The notes under the pieces were generated by a model. The model saw only the letters and a list, made by a program, of their open reading frames with translations. It was not told where the DNA came from and searched no databases. A stretch of DNA of 64,000 nt from Camelus dromedarius. Taxonomy: Eukaryota. The DNA is taken from contig NC_087437.1 of assembly GCF_036321535.1 (NCBI RefSeq), forward strand, positions 8,928,001-8,992,000, read 5' to 3'. The translations under genes and the position numbers were made by a program. Positions 25,233 through 38,620 of the stretch are shown here, in pieces (within the stretch, counting starts at the first letter, position 1; each line of letters starts with the position of its first letter).

Positions 25233-25293
25233 TTCTTACCTTCCTTCCTTCCTTTCCCTTTCTTTCTTTCTTCCTTTCTTTCTCTTTCTTTTT
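25042..25293. repeat. Compound (CTTT/CCTT)n polypyrimidine tract, expanded from an L1 tail
   Basis: About 250 bp of almost pure C/T abutting an L1 3' end; source of the spurious F/S/L and K/E/R ORFs. Confidence 0.95.
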
Positions 25294-25645
25294 TATTGAA
25301 GTTTAGTTGATTTACAATGTTAGTTTCAGTTGTGCAGTGAAGCAATTCAGTTATACATATACATATATATATATTTTTTTCTTTTCAGATTCTTTTCCAT
25401 TATGGGTTTTTACAAAAAAATTGAATATATTTCCCTGTACTATACAGTAGGACCTTGTTGTTTACCTGTTTTATAAATAGTAATGTGTATCTGTTAATCC
25501 CAAACTCCTAATTTATCCCTCCTCTGCCCTTTCCCCTTTGGTAACCATATGTCTGTGATATTCTCTACGTCTGTGAGTCTGCTTTTGGTTTGTTAAGTAG
25601 AATTTGTGTCATTTTTGTATCATTTTTTAATTCCATATGTTCTTA
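25294..25645 (-). mobile_element. L1 3' UTR stub
   Basis: 'attgaagtttagttgatttacaatg...cagtaggaccttgttg...ttcccctttggtaaccat'. Confidence 0.8.
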
Positions 25646-25649
25646 TACT

Positions 25650-26324
25650 TGAAGTTTGTTTTAGTTATCAGATTATTTCCTCTCAACTCCAAATTCACTC
25701 TTTTTTTTTTTTCTGCTTTTGTGATACTGTAACTGGACCCTGGAAACATTTCTTTGCAGCTTCCCCTTTGCAGGAACAATGTGCATGGATGGACACTACA
25801 GGAGAAGTGCCTTCTTTTCCTGGTTCTGGTGTGCTTTTTTCCTACTCCTGCTGCACGTACCTGATGGACAAGAAACTCATTGGCTCTCACCTGCAGTGAT
25901 TCCCAGTGGTTCCCCAGAGGCTGACTTCCCAGGGAGTTTTAACAGTGCTCCTAACAGCAGCTTTTCGGTGGCTCTCACCAGCACCCTACCTGGCAGTTTC
26001 CTGCCTTTCCACTCCGTCCTGCAGACACCTCTGCAAATTTCTCTGCCATTCAGTGCACAAAAGCCACCTTTTTTACCAACAGTCTGACTCTCAACTTTGG
26101 TTAGGGATGGGGAACATCTCCCAAATGTGTAAGTTCTGTAAGAACTCTCTTTCACCCCTGGAGGTAGTGACAGCTTCCCATATCCCCTGTTCTTGAGTTC
26201 TCAGAGTTCTCTTTATTCCTTCGTAGTTAACCTCCTATTGTTATTTAATCATTCTTCGCATTTAAGCTTTCCCTGTTCAGTTTACTGTGTGATTTCTAGC
26301 TCCTGACTGGACCCTCACTGACAC
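25650..26324 (+). mobile_element. ERVL LTR33-like solo LTR
   Basis: Terminus 'ttccctgttcagtttactgtgtgatttctagctcctgactggaccctcactgacaca' resembles LTR33. Confidence 0.6.
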
Positions 26325-27649
26325 AAAGATTAAATCCTTTTATGTAATGAGTGCCCTATAATTTTGCAATAGTTACCTGAACTATCTCCACTTCTGTATC
26401 CATCTTTAATGAAATCCCCTCCAATCAAAGGCTAACCTAGAATTTTGTTTGAATGGTATTTGTTTGCCTGTAAGTGATCAGGCTTTGCACCTTTCACGCA
26501 ATGACTCTGATGGTTTCCCCTCACCTTTCGTGGCAAGCAAATTAGCTCTGCAGGGTCCCCTCCAGGGGCGGGATATCCACAATTTCTATTGAATATGCTT
26601 GTAGGTTAGTTTCATGTTCTCTTTCAACAGAGAAAATAAATAGTAAAAGATCATTTTTAAAAGCCAATATATTTCGACAAATGATATATTTGTGTGCCAC
26701 AGAGAATAAATGACTTCAATAATCGTAAATGAATGCTGGTGGAATCACAATATTTTTTTCCCCAAATCAGACTTAATTCTAGGAGATAAGTAAGCTCCTC
26801 GTCATCCCTTCGTTTTGACTTCATTTTCGACTGTGTTCCTGCTCATTGAAAATGAAAGGCCCCTTTTCTTTTACCTAAATGATTAATGGCATATGCTAAT
26901 CAAGTCTCTTTTTCTGCATAGTTCCCTGCAAGTGTGGGAAATATTGTCAGACACTAAATGAACCTTTTGGAACTGACTGATTTCTCTCACTTAAAAAAAA
27001 TTTTACTCAGCAACTAAATAACAATATGTATATATTTTTAAATAAAGTAAAAACAGAACCTGCATCTGGGTTTTGACTTCTGATTCACATTTCCAAGGCA
27101 GAAAAGACACAATTTAAAAGAGTTGTTTCCAGAATTTACCTGAGAAAGATCTCTTGCTTTTTCAAGGCTTTATCAAAATGCGTTTAAGAAAAAGCAAATT
27201 TACGTTTCTCTTTTATTATTGTTGTTCCACTTTCTGACTGGGCCAAATGGGAGTAAGCTATATTTTATCCAACCTACTTCCCTTCTAAATGTGTACCATT
27301 CAAACAACAGGAGACATTTGCTGACAAATATAAAATTTTAACTTTAATGCGTGCTACTTGTAAACAAAGAGAGAAGGAGACGATGGGGATGTTATTCAAT
27401 TTTGTGAATATGGCTAATTTGGAAGGTTAAACACAGTTTGAAGAAATTCACAGAACGCTTGTTTGTTGGCTGATAATTATGACTATTTCATTTGTCTAAT
27501 ACTTACAACACACATATATATATATATAATTTGGGTTTGCATAAAAACAGAGGGAAGCACACACTACGTATCTGCATGTATTTATTATGGATTATTAAAA
27601 ATGGTAAAAATTAAAAAGCCAAATCCATGGAATTCACATATGTTAAACA

Positions 27650-28024
27650 AAGATATCACTCATTTATGGAATCTAAAAGGAAAAAAATTAAAAAGAGGAC
27701 ACTAATGAACTCATCTACAAAACAGAAACAGACTTGTAGACATAGTAAACAATCATAGTAAACAATCTTACCGGCAGAAAGAGGGAGGGAAGGGATAAAT
27801 TTGGGAGTCTGAGATTTGCAAATATTAACTATCATATATAAAAACAGATAAAAAACAAATTTCTTCTGTATAGCACAGGGAACTATATTCAATATCTTAT
27901 AAAAACCTTTAATGAAAAAGACTATGAAAATGAATATATGTGTGTATCTGCATGACTGGGACAGTGTGCTGTACACCAGAAATTGACACATTGTAACTGA
28001 CTGTACTTCAATTTAAAAAAAAAA
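27650..28024 (+). mobile_element. Lineage-specific L1 3' end
   Basis: 'atgaactcatctacaaaacagaaacagact...agaaattgacacattgtaactgactgtacttcaat' plus poly(A). Confidence 0.85.
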
Positions 28025-28174
28025 GTAAATCAAAATCTTAGGACCGTGGTGTTTTTGGTCATCCAATTTGTGATGAACTGTGCATTTTTTTCTTCATTTA
28101 TTTTATTTTGTTTTTCTGTTTGTTTGTTTTCATCTAAGACAGTGATGCCTCTCACTACAGGAGAGTTGATTCCG

Positions 28175-28365
28175 TGACAGCACAGCATCAGCCAGCGTCT
28201 CTAAGACTAGAGAGTCTGAGTTGAAACCTCACCCTTGCCCTTTGACTTTGGACCAATAAATTTAGTCCTTTGTGCCTCAGTATTTTCATTTGTAAAACAG
28301 AGATAACAGTATTCAACTCAAAACAATTGGATGGGCTAAATTAAGTGGTGCAGGTAAAACCAAAA
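28175..28365 (+). mobile_element. MIR
   Basis: 'tgtgcctcagtattttcatttgtaaaacagagataacagta' is the MIR core. Confidence 0.65.
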
Positions 28366-29684
28366 ATTTGAATTACAGTAGAGGTAACTTCCCTTCTCTA
28401 GTCTATAGTCCAAGCATTCAGGGAACCATAATTTGCAATACTCTTCCAAATAGGATGGAAAAACCCAAGCCAAGGCAATGATTATATCTTTGCATTTCGA
28501 GGTTCATCTAGGGATGGCTTACCCAAATGAGGTTTTAGCCATGTTCTACTTTCTCTCCATCAATGCTTGCTGATAAATTCCTGAGCTCTACATATCTATG
28601 AGCCCTGACATTTTCAGAGTGGTGCAATGAAAAGGATGAAAACTTAGGTTACTTTTGGATAGCACATATATATTCCCTGAATATTATTGAAGTACAATAA
28701 ACGTATGGAAAAATGCACAGGTTGATGAATTTTCACACATAGAGCACACTCAGGTAACCAACACATAGAACAGGGAACAAATATTTTATGAACTCCAGAA
28801 GGCTCCACGTGCTCCCTTCTGCTCCTACTCCTTACCCCCACCCCAAGGACAACCACCGTCCTGAATTTTAATGGTTGAGATTAGTTTTGAGAATATATTC
28901 AGTTTTTAAGTGACTTCTGAGTTGTTAAATCATTCAAGATTTTATTCAACAAATATTGATTCAGTCGCCCTTAACAGCCCAGGAATTATCCTGGTTATAT
29001 GGTAGTGAATGAAATAAAACTTAGCCCCTGCCTGCATAAAGCATATAATCCAGGAAGAGTTAAAAAATGATGAAATTTTTAAAATCTAATCTAATGCTAA
29101 ACATCTGGTGACCCAAAATCCAAATTTAGTTCCTAAGGGACAGATGCCTGCAACAAGTTCCCAGGACAAGCAATTGATCATCTTTCCCATAAAAGACTTT
29201 ACAGTAAGGCATCATCTTGCTAAACTCTATTCAGGATTCCATGGTGAACTTAAAAGCCTTCAGTGAACAAGCAAGAAGGAATTTTAGCAAAATCATCAGT
29301 GTATTAAGAGAAGGGAAGGAAATGTAGGGTGAGGTCATTTTTCCCTAATTCACAACATCCAGTCATGTTCTACAGAAACCTGGCTCCATCAGAAGCTGAT
29401 GACATTCTTCAATGAATATTCCGAGGTCCTGTAACTTTAGGAAATGGTGAGTTATACAAAGGCGTTCTATTTTTAATAAATTATGGGATTTCTCATAGCC
29501 TTAATATGTCAGTGTTATTTCTAATTAGTCAAGGTCATAGGGATGGTAATATGTGTCACTTTCCAAACTAATTAAATCACACAGTAACTTTTCTTCAGGA
29601 CTCTTCTTACTAAACAATTTGCTAGGAGGAAGACAATGTAGCAATGCTGATTAAGACAGGGTTTTGGTGTTTGACAGTTCTGTA

Positions 29685-29765
29685 ATTTTATATTTCTTTT
29701 TGTATCGAAGTATAGTCCATTTACAATGCTGTGTTAACTTCTGGTGTGCAGCAGAGTGATTCATT

Positions 29766-29800
<35 letters not shown>

Positions 29801-29919
29801 TCCAAATACATACAAGTGTGTGTGTGTATATATATATATATATTCCTTTTTCATTATAGACTATTGCAAGGTATTAAATATAGTTCCCTGTGCTGTACAG
29901 TAGGACCTTGTTGTTTATT
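29685..29919 (-). mobile_element. L1 3' stub with (TA)n, inserted in a MIR
   Basis: TSD tgtttgaca(gt/ac)tctgta (29668-29684 / 29920-29936). Confidence 0.85.
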
Positions 29920-32014
29920 TGTTTGACAACTCTGTATGCAAATATCTCACATAAGGCAAGAAACCCAACCTCTCTGAGCCATAACTATCTCTTCCGTAAC
30001 ATGGAATTAACTATATGTACCACCTGGAATGGTTAGCAAAATCAAGAGATACCGTGTATAATATGTATGTATATATAAATTGTGTATGTATGTATATATA
30101 AAATATATATGTAAATTCCTTAACTCACAGAAACCACGTGTGTGTGTGTGTGTGTGTGTATAAAAACAGACAACAGACAATTATGAATATATGATCTCCA
30201 TTATGTGCAAAGGAAGCCAATTTAATCCAGAAATCAACAAATTTGCTTGCACGATGTGATTCAAGAAACATAAAACCAAACTGTGTGTTCCTCTCCCATA
30301 TTTTAATTACCTTCATTCAGACCGCTCCACTCCCTCGGTGCACTAATCTCCACCCCAAGGTTAGCCCTCTGTCACCCTGTTACCCTCACTAAACAGCTGC
30401 CAGTGACGCCCTGATCTTCTATTCTTAACTGGAAATTAATGTGCTTATTATCAATAAAATATTTACTGGTAATTTTTTTGAAGAATGGCCCTAATTCAAG
30501 GATATACTTAATTTAAAAGAAAATTTACAAAGATAGAATCTTCAAGATTCAACATAATGAAACTCTAGTGAGGAAAGAAGCTATCATTTTGAGGACTGAG
30601 CGATCTTTTTGTATTCCCCATAGATCTACTGGCTAGGATTATTAACTCAGATTTCTCCATACACGTAATTTTTATTTACTTTTTTAAACTAAGCCCTTGG
30701 CATAGTCCAAGGATCCAAGTTGAAGCAGAACCCCTCCTTGTAGCCAGCACCCTCTTTTTCCTAGCAGACCCCGGAGTTGCCTCGACCATCCTTGCTCTCA
30801 CTGCCCCGCCCACCGTTGAGATCCCCAGGCTCTCAATAGAATGAGTACTTCTAGTTTCAGCAACACATCTCTGACAGATGGGTCCCACCTCATCTAAATG
30901 TTAACTTTCTTTTCTCTTTTGAACAGGGTATGTATTTAAAATGTGACACCCTCATAAAATACCTCATTTTTATGAGAAACAATGTTTGCTCCAAAATGAC
31001 AGAGTATTCTTAAATAAGCTCAAATTATACCAATCTTGTAGACTTTATGAATTTTAAATTATATGATATGATAGAATACAATCTACAGACATTTCTACGA
31101 CTTTTTTCCAAGTTTATTATTCCTCTATTATGATTACATGATAACATCAAATGTTAAAAATGTTACTGGGAATGGCAGATAATCACAAGGAAAGCTGTGA
31201 GAGTTGGCAAAATTTCTGAATATGAATAATAATGCTTGCTATTTATAAAGCCCTTTTTTTCCCTCAAAAATTCAAATTGCTTTAATGGTGTTATATATAT
31301 ATATATGAATACATATTGGAATTAAGCTATAGAAAGGAGAACATTGCAGTGCCCTGGAATTCAAGGGTGAGCAACATACTTGGTGAATAGAATTCAGGTA
31401 TCTAAACTGACCCTCACTCTAGGTTTGAACTAGAATTAGGTTGAATAGGCCTTATTTCATTCACTGACGGTTAAATTTTATCTCTAGTATAGCATCTAGA
31501 GATGGCATATTAACCCAACAGAGTGGTATTATTTTAATGCCAGGCATAATAATAACAAACCACGATTTTGCTTTCCAGTGTAAGCCTTCAGACGAGAAAG
31601 AAATAAAACACTGACATAAAAACAACATGTGTTCCTTAAAAAGAAAAAAGATCCCCCCCTCACCAAAAAAGGGAAGAGTAGCTTCTTTGATGGTAAAAAT
31701 AAATGAGTGGAATTTACTATTTCAGAAGAAGCCATGTGGAATTATTCTTAAGAAGTGGAAACTCAGTAAGACTGAAAAGGGAAGGATCAGCGGTTTTTGT
31801 TCTACCACACTGTGACATATTTATACAGATTTTATTAGTGGGGTGCCAGTACGTGTTTAACTACAGGCTCTTGGGGGGGAATGTTGTGATTTGTAGCATT
31901 TGTCAGTTTCAGTGTTGCAAATATTTCCATCATAACCAATTTCATGCGGCCAAAAAGCAGTCACTGAACAAGAAGTTGAAAGCCAGCACGAATCGACACT
32001 TGTCCATCCTTGGA

Positions 32015-32465
32015 TGTTGTGCTCCACGCCATATTTCTGTTACCATATGTGGTGGCCATCAGAATGCATTTTGAAGACTTTCAGCTGTAAAGATGGTAAT
32101 GAACTAGAGCTGTGCTCTGGAGTCATCACATTTGTGCAGAGAACACACCTCCCAGGATGGCTCCCAGCCACCAACAAGATGGCAGGGACACTAAGGCAGG
32201 TCCATTCCTGGAAGGCTTGGAACTCCCCTGACAATGTATTTTGGCTCAAGGACTTCCTAGCGGCTTTGCCAAACCCTTCTTAGATGGCTTGGCAGTCTGT
32301 AACCCTTGCAGCCAAGCCTTGTTCCTCATTCAAGATCAGATCTCCATGGAGGTCTCCTGGCTCTCCCAGCCTCTTCCATTTTCTCTCATAAGTATTTCCT
32401 CTAATAAAATCTTTGTATGCTTAATCTTATCTCATTGTCTGGCTCTCAAGGACTTGGACCGACAT
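32015..32465 (+). mobile_element. ERVL LTR16-like solo LTR
   Basis: 'gggacactaaggcaggtccattcctgg' and the terminus 'ctaataaaatctttgtatgcttaatc...ggacttggaccgaca'. Confidence 0.6.
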
Positions 32466-32489
32466 TCCATTTAAGGAGTACCATTTTGT

Positions 32490-32920
32490 AGCAGAAAACT
32501 GCTATTGGCTCATGCATTGCACTTGGCCCAATGGGAGGCTATCTGCAGCTGCAGTGGAACCTTCTCACAAGCATTTACAACTTCCCAACCAAGCAGCTCA
32601 GGCACAGGAAGAAGACTGGAAATGTAAGAGAGTGACTAGCTCCCAGGGATGGTTCTCAACCAATAAAGGAGAAGAAATGATGGATAAGTGTTCTTTTCTT
32701 GCCCATCCTTGAGATCTTCAATTATGTTTTATAAGGCCCCATAGAAGATTCCAAGTGGCTCCGTGCAGTAAGTTATCAATTTACCCAAACTTTCTGGGGA
32801 ATCTTCCTTTCCCTGTCTCCACTCCCCTACAATTGCTTCCTGGGGTCACCTCTCAAGGAACATCTTGGACCCAAACTCACGTATTTGGTCCTGTACTTGG
32901 GGAAACACAAAATAAGGTAC
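32490..32920 (+). mobile_element. Second LTR16-like solo LTR
   Basis: 'gttctcaaccaat...ggataagtg', 'tgcttcctggggtcacctc', ending 'ggggaaacacaaaataaggtaca'. Confidence 0.5.
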
Positions 32921-33780
32921 ATCATCAAAACTGAGTGAGTGACATTTTTAAAGTGCTTTGTGTATTTAAGAATTCATGAATTCTAAGTCTTTTGAGGTCA
33001 GGAACGTAGACCAGGTAGAAGGACACAGAGGGAGATGGGGAGGTGATAAACGCCGAGCTCAGGCTCTGCATAAAGAGGGTGGTGGCTCCTTACTCCCTGC
33101 CCTTTTGTGATGCCTAAATGTGGACCTAGAAAGCCAGGTCTTCTGATTTTTACAGAGAAGCAATGAATTCATGTAGTACATATGGGTAAAATTCCAAGAC
33201 TTTAAAAAATCTACTTGGACCAAACAAGAATAGCGTATATCTATCTCCTGCATACAGAAGTGAGCCTGGGGTTTGTGATCAGTGATTCGAGATTCGGGAC
33301 CAGGATCCCAGTGGATTTAAACATGTACAATTGCAGGAATAAACACCACTCCTTTGATGCCATCAGTGCACCAATATATTCTTGATCTCTCCCTGTTCTG
33401 CTTTTTCATACTCTTGAGAGAATTCTAGGGCTCGTGACCTATCAAATCCAATAAGAAAGCAGGTGAGTCAACGTGGCATCAGGTGCCTTGTGCAGACCAC
33501 GCATGTGAAGGAATCAAGAGACAAAAACAGTTTCCTTCTTTCCTCTGAGGCATCGCGCCTCTGAAGTTTTAAGAACAGAGGCAATTTGATGGAATTCTTG
33601 TTCTTAAATGAAATGTTGCTAACTTACAAAGGAACCCTTGAAGACTAAACATTCTTATGATAACTTGAAACGCATCAAACTTTACTTTCAAATTGTATTT
33701 GGTGTGTCTGTTTTCTTTTTTTTTTTTTCCCAGTAGGTCCTTACTATTGGTAAAATAGCAAGTAACTATTGCAAATCTTT

Positions 33781-33841
33781 TTTTTTTTTTTTAATTGAAG
33801 TACCATCAATTACAATGTGTCAATTTCTGGTGTACAGCACA
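33781..33841 (-). mobile_element. Extremely 5'-truncated L1 (about 60 bp)
   Basis: Poly(T) plus L1 3' terminus between perfect TSDs gcaaatcttt (33771-33780 / 33842-33851). Confidence 0.88.
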
Positions 33842-36545
33842 GCAAATCTTTGATGCTACAAACTGCCCTCCTCATCTTTCCTGCAGCCAGTATCCCCTAT
33901 CCCTCTTTCCTTAACTCCTGCTCATCATTTATAAGACAGCTTGAGAATGACCATGTCAGGGAGATTTTCCTTTCCTCAGCATCTGTGCAGTTAAGAGTGC
34001 TAGGTATTCAGAGACACTTCCTTAATTCTCTCTGATAATACTCACATCGTGTCAGTGTTACTTGCTTCATTGTCTAGACGTCTATACAAGAGTCCTGTGG
34101 AGGACCAGACCACATACACATTTTTATTCCAATGCCTAGAATAGAGCCTGGCATTTACTGATTAACACATAGTCTGTGAATGGATGAAATTTCCTGTCTT
34201 AACCTCCATCCCTCTTTTCACCCATGCCCTCCCCATCCTCTTCTGCTCCCAGGACAGCAGGGTTTATGATGAAAAACCAAAACTGGCATTGCAAGCCCTA
34301 TTTCATGCATTCATTTTTCTACCCCATGGATTCCAGAATTTCTTTGCCTCTTTGCTTTCTTCTTTGTGCCCTGAATGGACGTGTAAGGGGGAGAAAGATG
34401 GGAAAGCAGAGAGGACAGAGAGGAGGCATGGACTGAGGCAAATTTGGCAACTGTAAGGATTCTACTCAGATTTGGAGGAGTAGACACAGTACCTCATTTC
34501 AGCCCCACAAACCCCCTTCGAGGTGAGGAAGGTAAACATGATGCCAATGCAGAGTGCTGAAGAAAGAGGATGCCAAGGTGGGGAGTGTGTGTACGACCGC
34601 GTATGATCTGTGCATGCCTTCCCCACCCTTACCGATCCCGACTGGGAACTTCTTCCCATTTAAAGGCCAGGGGACCATTATTTTCTTTCCCTCAAGTCCT
34701 CTCTGAATGACAGACTCCAGGCCCCCTCCTGGTGTCTTTACCTCCTTGTTATTGTCTCTATTAGCTGGCGTCACTAAAAATCAAACCCAGTGACAACTCA
34801 GCCAGAATAAATGAGCAACCTGCTAAGTCATGCTACACGGCTTCCTTTGTAAAGGAATCCGGGGCTGGCTTGACGTCCGTCCGTCAAGTCTGGTTAGTGC
34901 TAATAAAATCAGGCCTCCCACAGGGCAGGTGGATGGGCTGGCTGACCCTGCATCTCCAATAAGTCATGCTCATTTGTGGTTCCTCATGGGAATGAGAGGT
35001 CCTGCAGGAGGAGGAAGCCACATAACCCCCTTCAGGGGATGGAGGCCGTCAGGAAGCAGGACTTCTAGACCTGTGTCTCTTCTTGTTCCTCTTTTTGCTC
35101 TGGAGCAGCTCACTTTGGAAGATGGTGTGTAGTTTCAAAATGGCAGAGTGGGTCGGAGAGAGGGAAGCTAGGCAGAGACTAGGGAGGCCTTGAATTCCAC
35201 ATCTCCCCTTGATTCTGCAGGTGGGAGCATCCACCTTTGTTCAGAAGCAGAGCTTAGGGCAAGACATGCCATCTTCCAGCTGCCCCTGCTTGCCCTGCTG
35301 GGCTGGGTGTGGCCGAGTAACAGAATTCTTAGGTAAGGATTTCTGCTTCTGAGAATAGACATAATTTTCCCAATTTCTCCCACTAAATACAAGCAAAAAT
35401 CTTGGGTATTATAGATATGATAAACGTAGACAAACTCTGAAAAGTAGAGAGAAGACAGATTGGCTAGGGGTCTTGAGACCGAAGGAATGGTAAGGTACTG
35501 ACTTCTCTGGGTTTTCTTTCTGCCTGGAAACTAAAGAAGCTGACCATCCAGAAATGCCCACAAATACAAACAGCCCCAACAAGTCAGAACTCACTGCTTA
35601 AAGGACCAGAAGAAGGTGACCTGAGAAGAGAGAACACCTTAGACAACACGTCTCTATTTAAACCAAGCACCATGGAAAAAATATTGTCACCCCACCAACC
35701 GCAGTGGGCAGCCTAGCCTCCCACTGTCAGCGCGGTCTCAGGGAGGTCAGGGTAGAGAGCCAGCAATCTCACCCCCACCGCTGATTCCCTTCCTCATGGG
35801 GAGTCAGTAGACACCGTGGGTTTCCACATACATCAAGCACAGCTCCCAGTCCCCCATGGGGCGGTGTCACAGGGGGTCTAAGGCAGAGTCACCGTCCAGT
35901 GACAGTTGCATCTGCCTCCCATGATGTCAGTGGAGGCCTCATAAGATGAGTAATAAGACATTCCTGCCTTTTCCAACCAGAAAGTTCTCAGTGTAAACTT
36001 TTAGTGGGGAGGAGCAGCATTTGCTCAGTAATGAGTAAGCCCCTCACCTACAAGTGGCAGTGAAGGCAGAGCTGGCCACCTGAGCTTCGGCGCCCCCTCC
36101 CTCCCTGCCCCACTCCACACAGTGTCAGAGGAACCAAGCTGAAGAAGGAGCTTAGTACCCAAAGTGGCCAGGTTTTAATAAAGAAAAAAATCACACATCA
36201 TACCGGGAACAGGAAGATCACAAACTGATTGAAAACAAGACAATCAATAGACACCAACCTCAAGATACTAGAAATGTTCGAATTAGCTGACAAAATTTAA
36301 AGGGAGTCATTATAAAAATGCTTCAATGAGACATTTCAAACACTGGTAACAAATTTTTTAAAAAAAAACAGAAAGTTTCAGCAAAGTTGTAAAAAAAAAA
36401 AACCTCTCAGCAAAGAAATAGAAGATATAAAGAAGAAGTAAATGAAAGTTTTAAAACTGGAAAATGCAATTAACCAAAATAAAAATGTTAATGGACGGCT
36501 CAAAAGCAGACTGGGGGTGGGGACAGAGAGAGGAATTAGAGCAAC

Positions 36546-36997
36546 AGAAGCAGGAGCCTCTGGACTGATAAGAAACCGTGCATTTTGGGTTGACAAGTGT
36601 CCTGGAGGCAAAGACGGATGGGGCGAGGAATCTCCACCATCCAAATGTAGCCTTTCACTCATTATTCCCTCATTTGATTGTAACCTTTTGCTCGTGATGA
36701 CCTCATCCCACTTCCTGAGCAAGACTAAATAAGGACAAAAAAAATCCCTCCTTCCCTTGGGGAGGTGGAGCTGGGATGAAGATCAGGAAAGAGGACCCAA
36801 AGTTCCCCCCTCCTATTCATTTTTAAACCCATCTAACCAGCCTGCCAAGAAACTCGGGGCAGCTACTCACCCGGGTCTGTCCACTCTTCCCTTGAGAGCC
36901 TCCTACCTGTCCCTTAATAAATCCTTGCTTTGCTTTCTCACCTTCTGTGTCTCGTTTCTGAATTCTGTCTGCGACAAGAGCCTGCCCTCTGATAACA
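36546..36997 (+). mobile_element. ERV-type solo LTR inserted in the old L1
   Basis: Interrupts the L1; AATAAA at about 36916, ends ...TGATAACA; left terminus degenerate, with aacagaa at both junctions. Confidence 0.65.
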
Positions 36998-37162
36998 GAA
37001 AGAATCCAGCGAACAGAAATCCTGATAAGTACAATCAACTTTTTTTCTGCCCTTGTTTTCTAATCACATTTGCCTTAGAAGTAAAAATAATAATGAAGAA
37101 TTAATAATATCACTGTACAGGGTGGTTCTGAATGTGGGCAGAGGAAGTATTTAAGAAAATTA

Positions 37163-37274
37163 CAAAAAAGAATATGAAAATGAGTGTATGTATGTATACG
37201 TATGACTGAAACATCATCCTGTATGCAAGAAATTGACACAACATTGTGAACTGATTCTACTTCAATTAAAAAAA
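37163..37274 (+). mobile_element. L1 3' stub
   Basis: TSD aagaaaatta (37153-37162 / 37275-37284) at a TT/AAGA endonuclease-type site. Confidence 0.85.
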
Positions 37275-38354
37275 AAGAAAATTATATTATAAACAGGGAG
37301 GGTAAAATGATATAAAGGGAGGTAAGAGTTTTACACAACACATGAACTTATGGGCATCCAAAGTAATAATAATAATAATAATGAAGGTCTACTACAGACA
37401 GCACTATGCAGGTGGAGTTAACAACTTAGATGAGATGGACCAGTTCCTTGGAAAAGCACAGCTAGCAGACTCACTCAATATACAATAGGTTACCCGAGTA
37501 GACTTATAACTATTAAGGAAATTGAATCCATAACTTAAAAATTCCAAAAGAGAAATCTCCAGGCCCAGATGGTTCCACTGGAGAATTCTACCAAACCTTT
37601 CAAATATTAGCATCAATTCCACACAAGCTCTTCTGGAAAATAGAAAAGAAGAGAACATTTCTCTATACAAATTTTTAAATGACTATTATCCTGACACCAA
37701 AACTCTACAAAAACAATATAGAATGGGAAAACTTCATAAATGATGATGCAAAACATTTTTTAATGTTAGACATAGAATTCAAAAATACATTCAAAGAATT
37801 ATTTACACTTTATGACCAAGTGGGGCTTATTCCAGTGATGCAAGGTTGGGTCAACATTCAAAAATCAAACAATGTAATCCTCCCTGTTAGCAGATTAAAG
37901 AAAAATTACATGATCCAATCAACTCCAGCAGTAAAGAACGTGACAAAATGTAACAGTCATGAGGAAGTCTTCCAGGAACGTAGGAAAGGAGAAAAACATC
38001 CTCACCCTGAAAAGAGCGTCTATGAAAACCCTAGAGCTCACGTTTTCTCAATGATTAAAGACTTAATAAGCTCAGGAGCAAGGCAGATAAATCCATGTCA
38101 CCACACTTAGCGCTGGAAGTTCTAGCCAGGGAAGGAAGGAGGGGAGGGAGGGAGGGAGGGAGGAAGAGCACACAGCTTAGAAATAAATACTTAAAACTGT
38201 CCCTATTTGCAGGGGACATAATGTTCTGTGCAGAATGTATGTAGGAAGCAGCCAAAAAATAGAACTAAGTGAATTCAGCTGGGTTACAGGATGCAAGATA
38301 AGCTATCAAATTTTGATGTATGAAAAGTCAATTGTATTTCTACACACTAGAAAT

Positions 38355-38620
38355 ACGGTGGGGGAAACACAGGAGTAGGGGAGTGGGAGGTACCAACTGT
38401 TAGGCATAAAATAAGCTACAAGGATATATTGTACAACACGGGGCATATAACCAATGTTTTATAATAACTATAAATGGCATGTATCCTTTAAAAATTGCAA
38501 ATCACTATATTCTACACCTGGAACTTACATGATTTTGTTCATCAACTACACTTCAATTAAAAAATAAAGAAATAAAACAAGCAAAAAAAAAATTTTTTTT
38601 AAAAAAGAAATAAAAAAAAC
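38355..38620 (+). mobile_element. Younger L1 3' stub inside the old L1
   Basis: 'ataagctacaaggatatattgtacaacacgggg...caactacacttcaattaaaaaa'. Confidence 0.75.

Noticed and set aside
24981..25345. 109-aa and 112-aa low-complexity ORFs
   Set aside because: They are translations of the (CTTT)n tract.
31383..31465. Possible pre-miRNA-like hairpin (gtgaat...attcac)
   Set aside because: Pairing by eye is patchy and the centre is not symmetric; not supportable without folding or small-RNA data.
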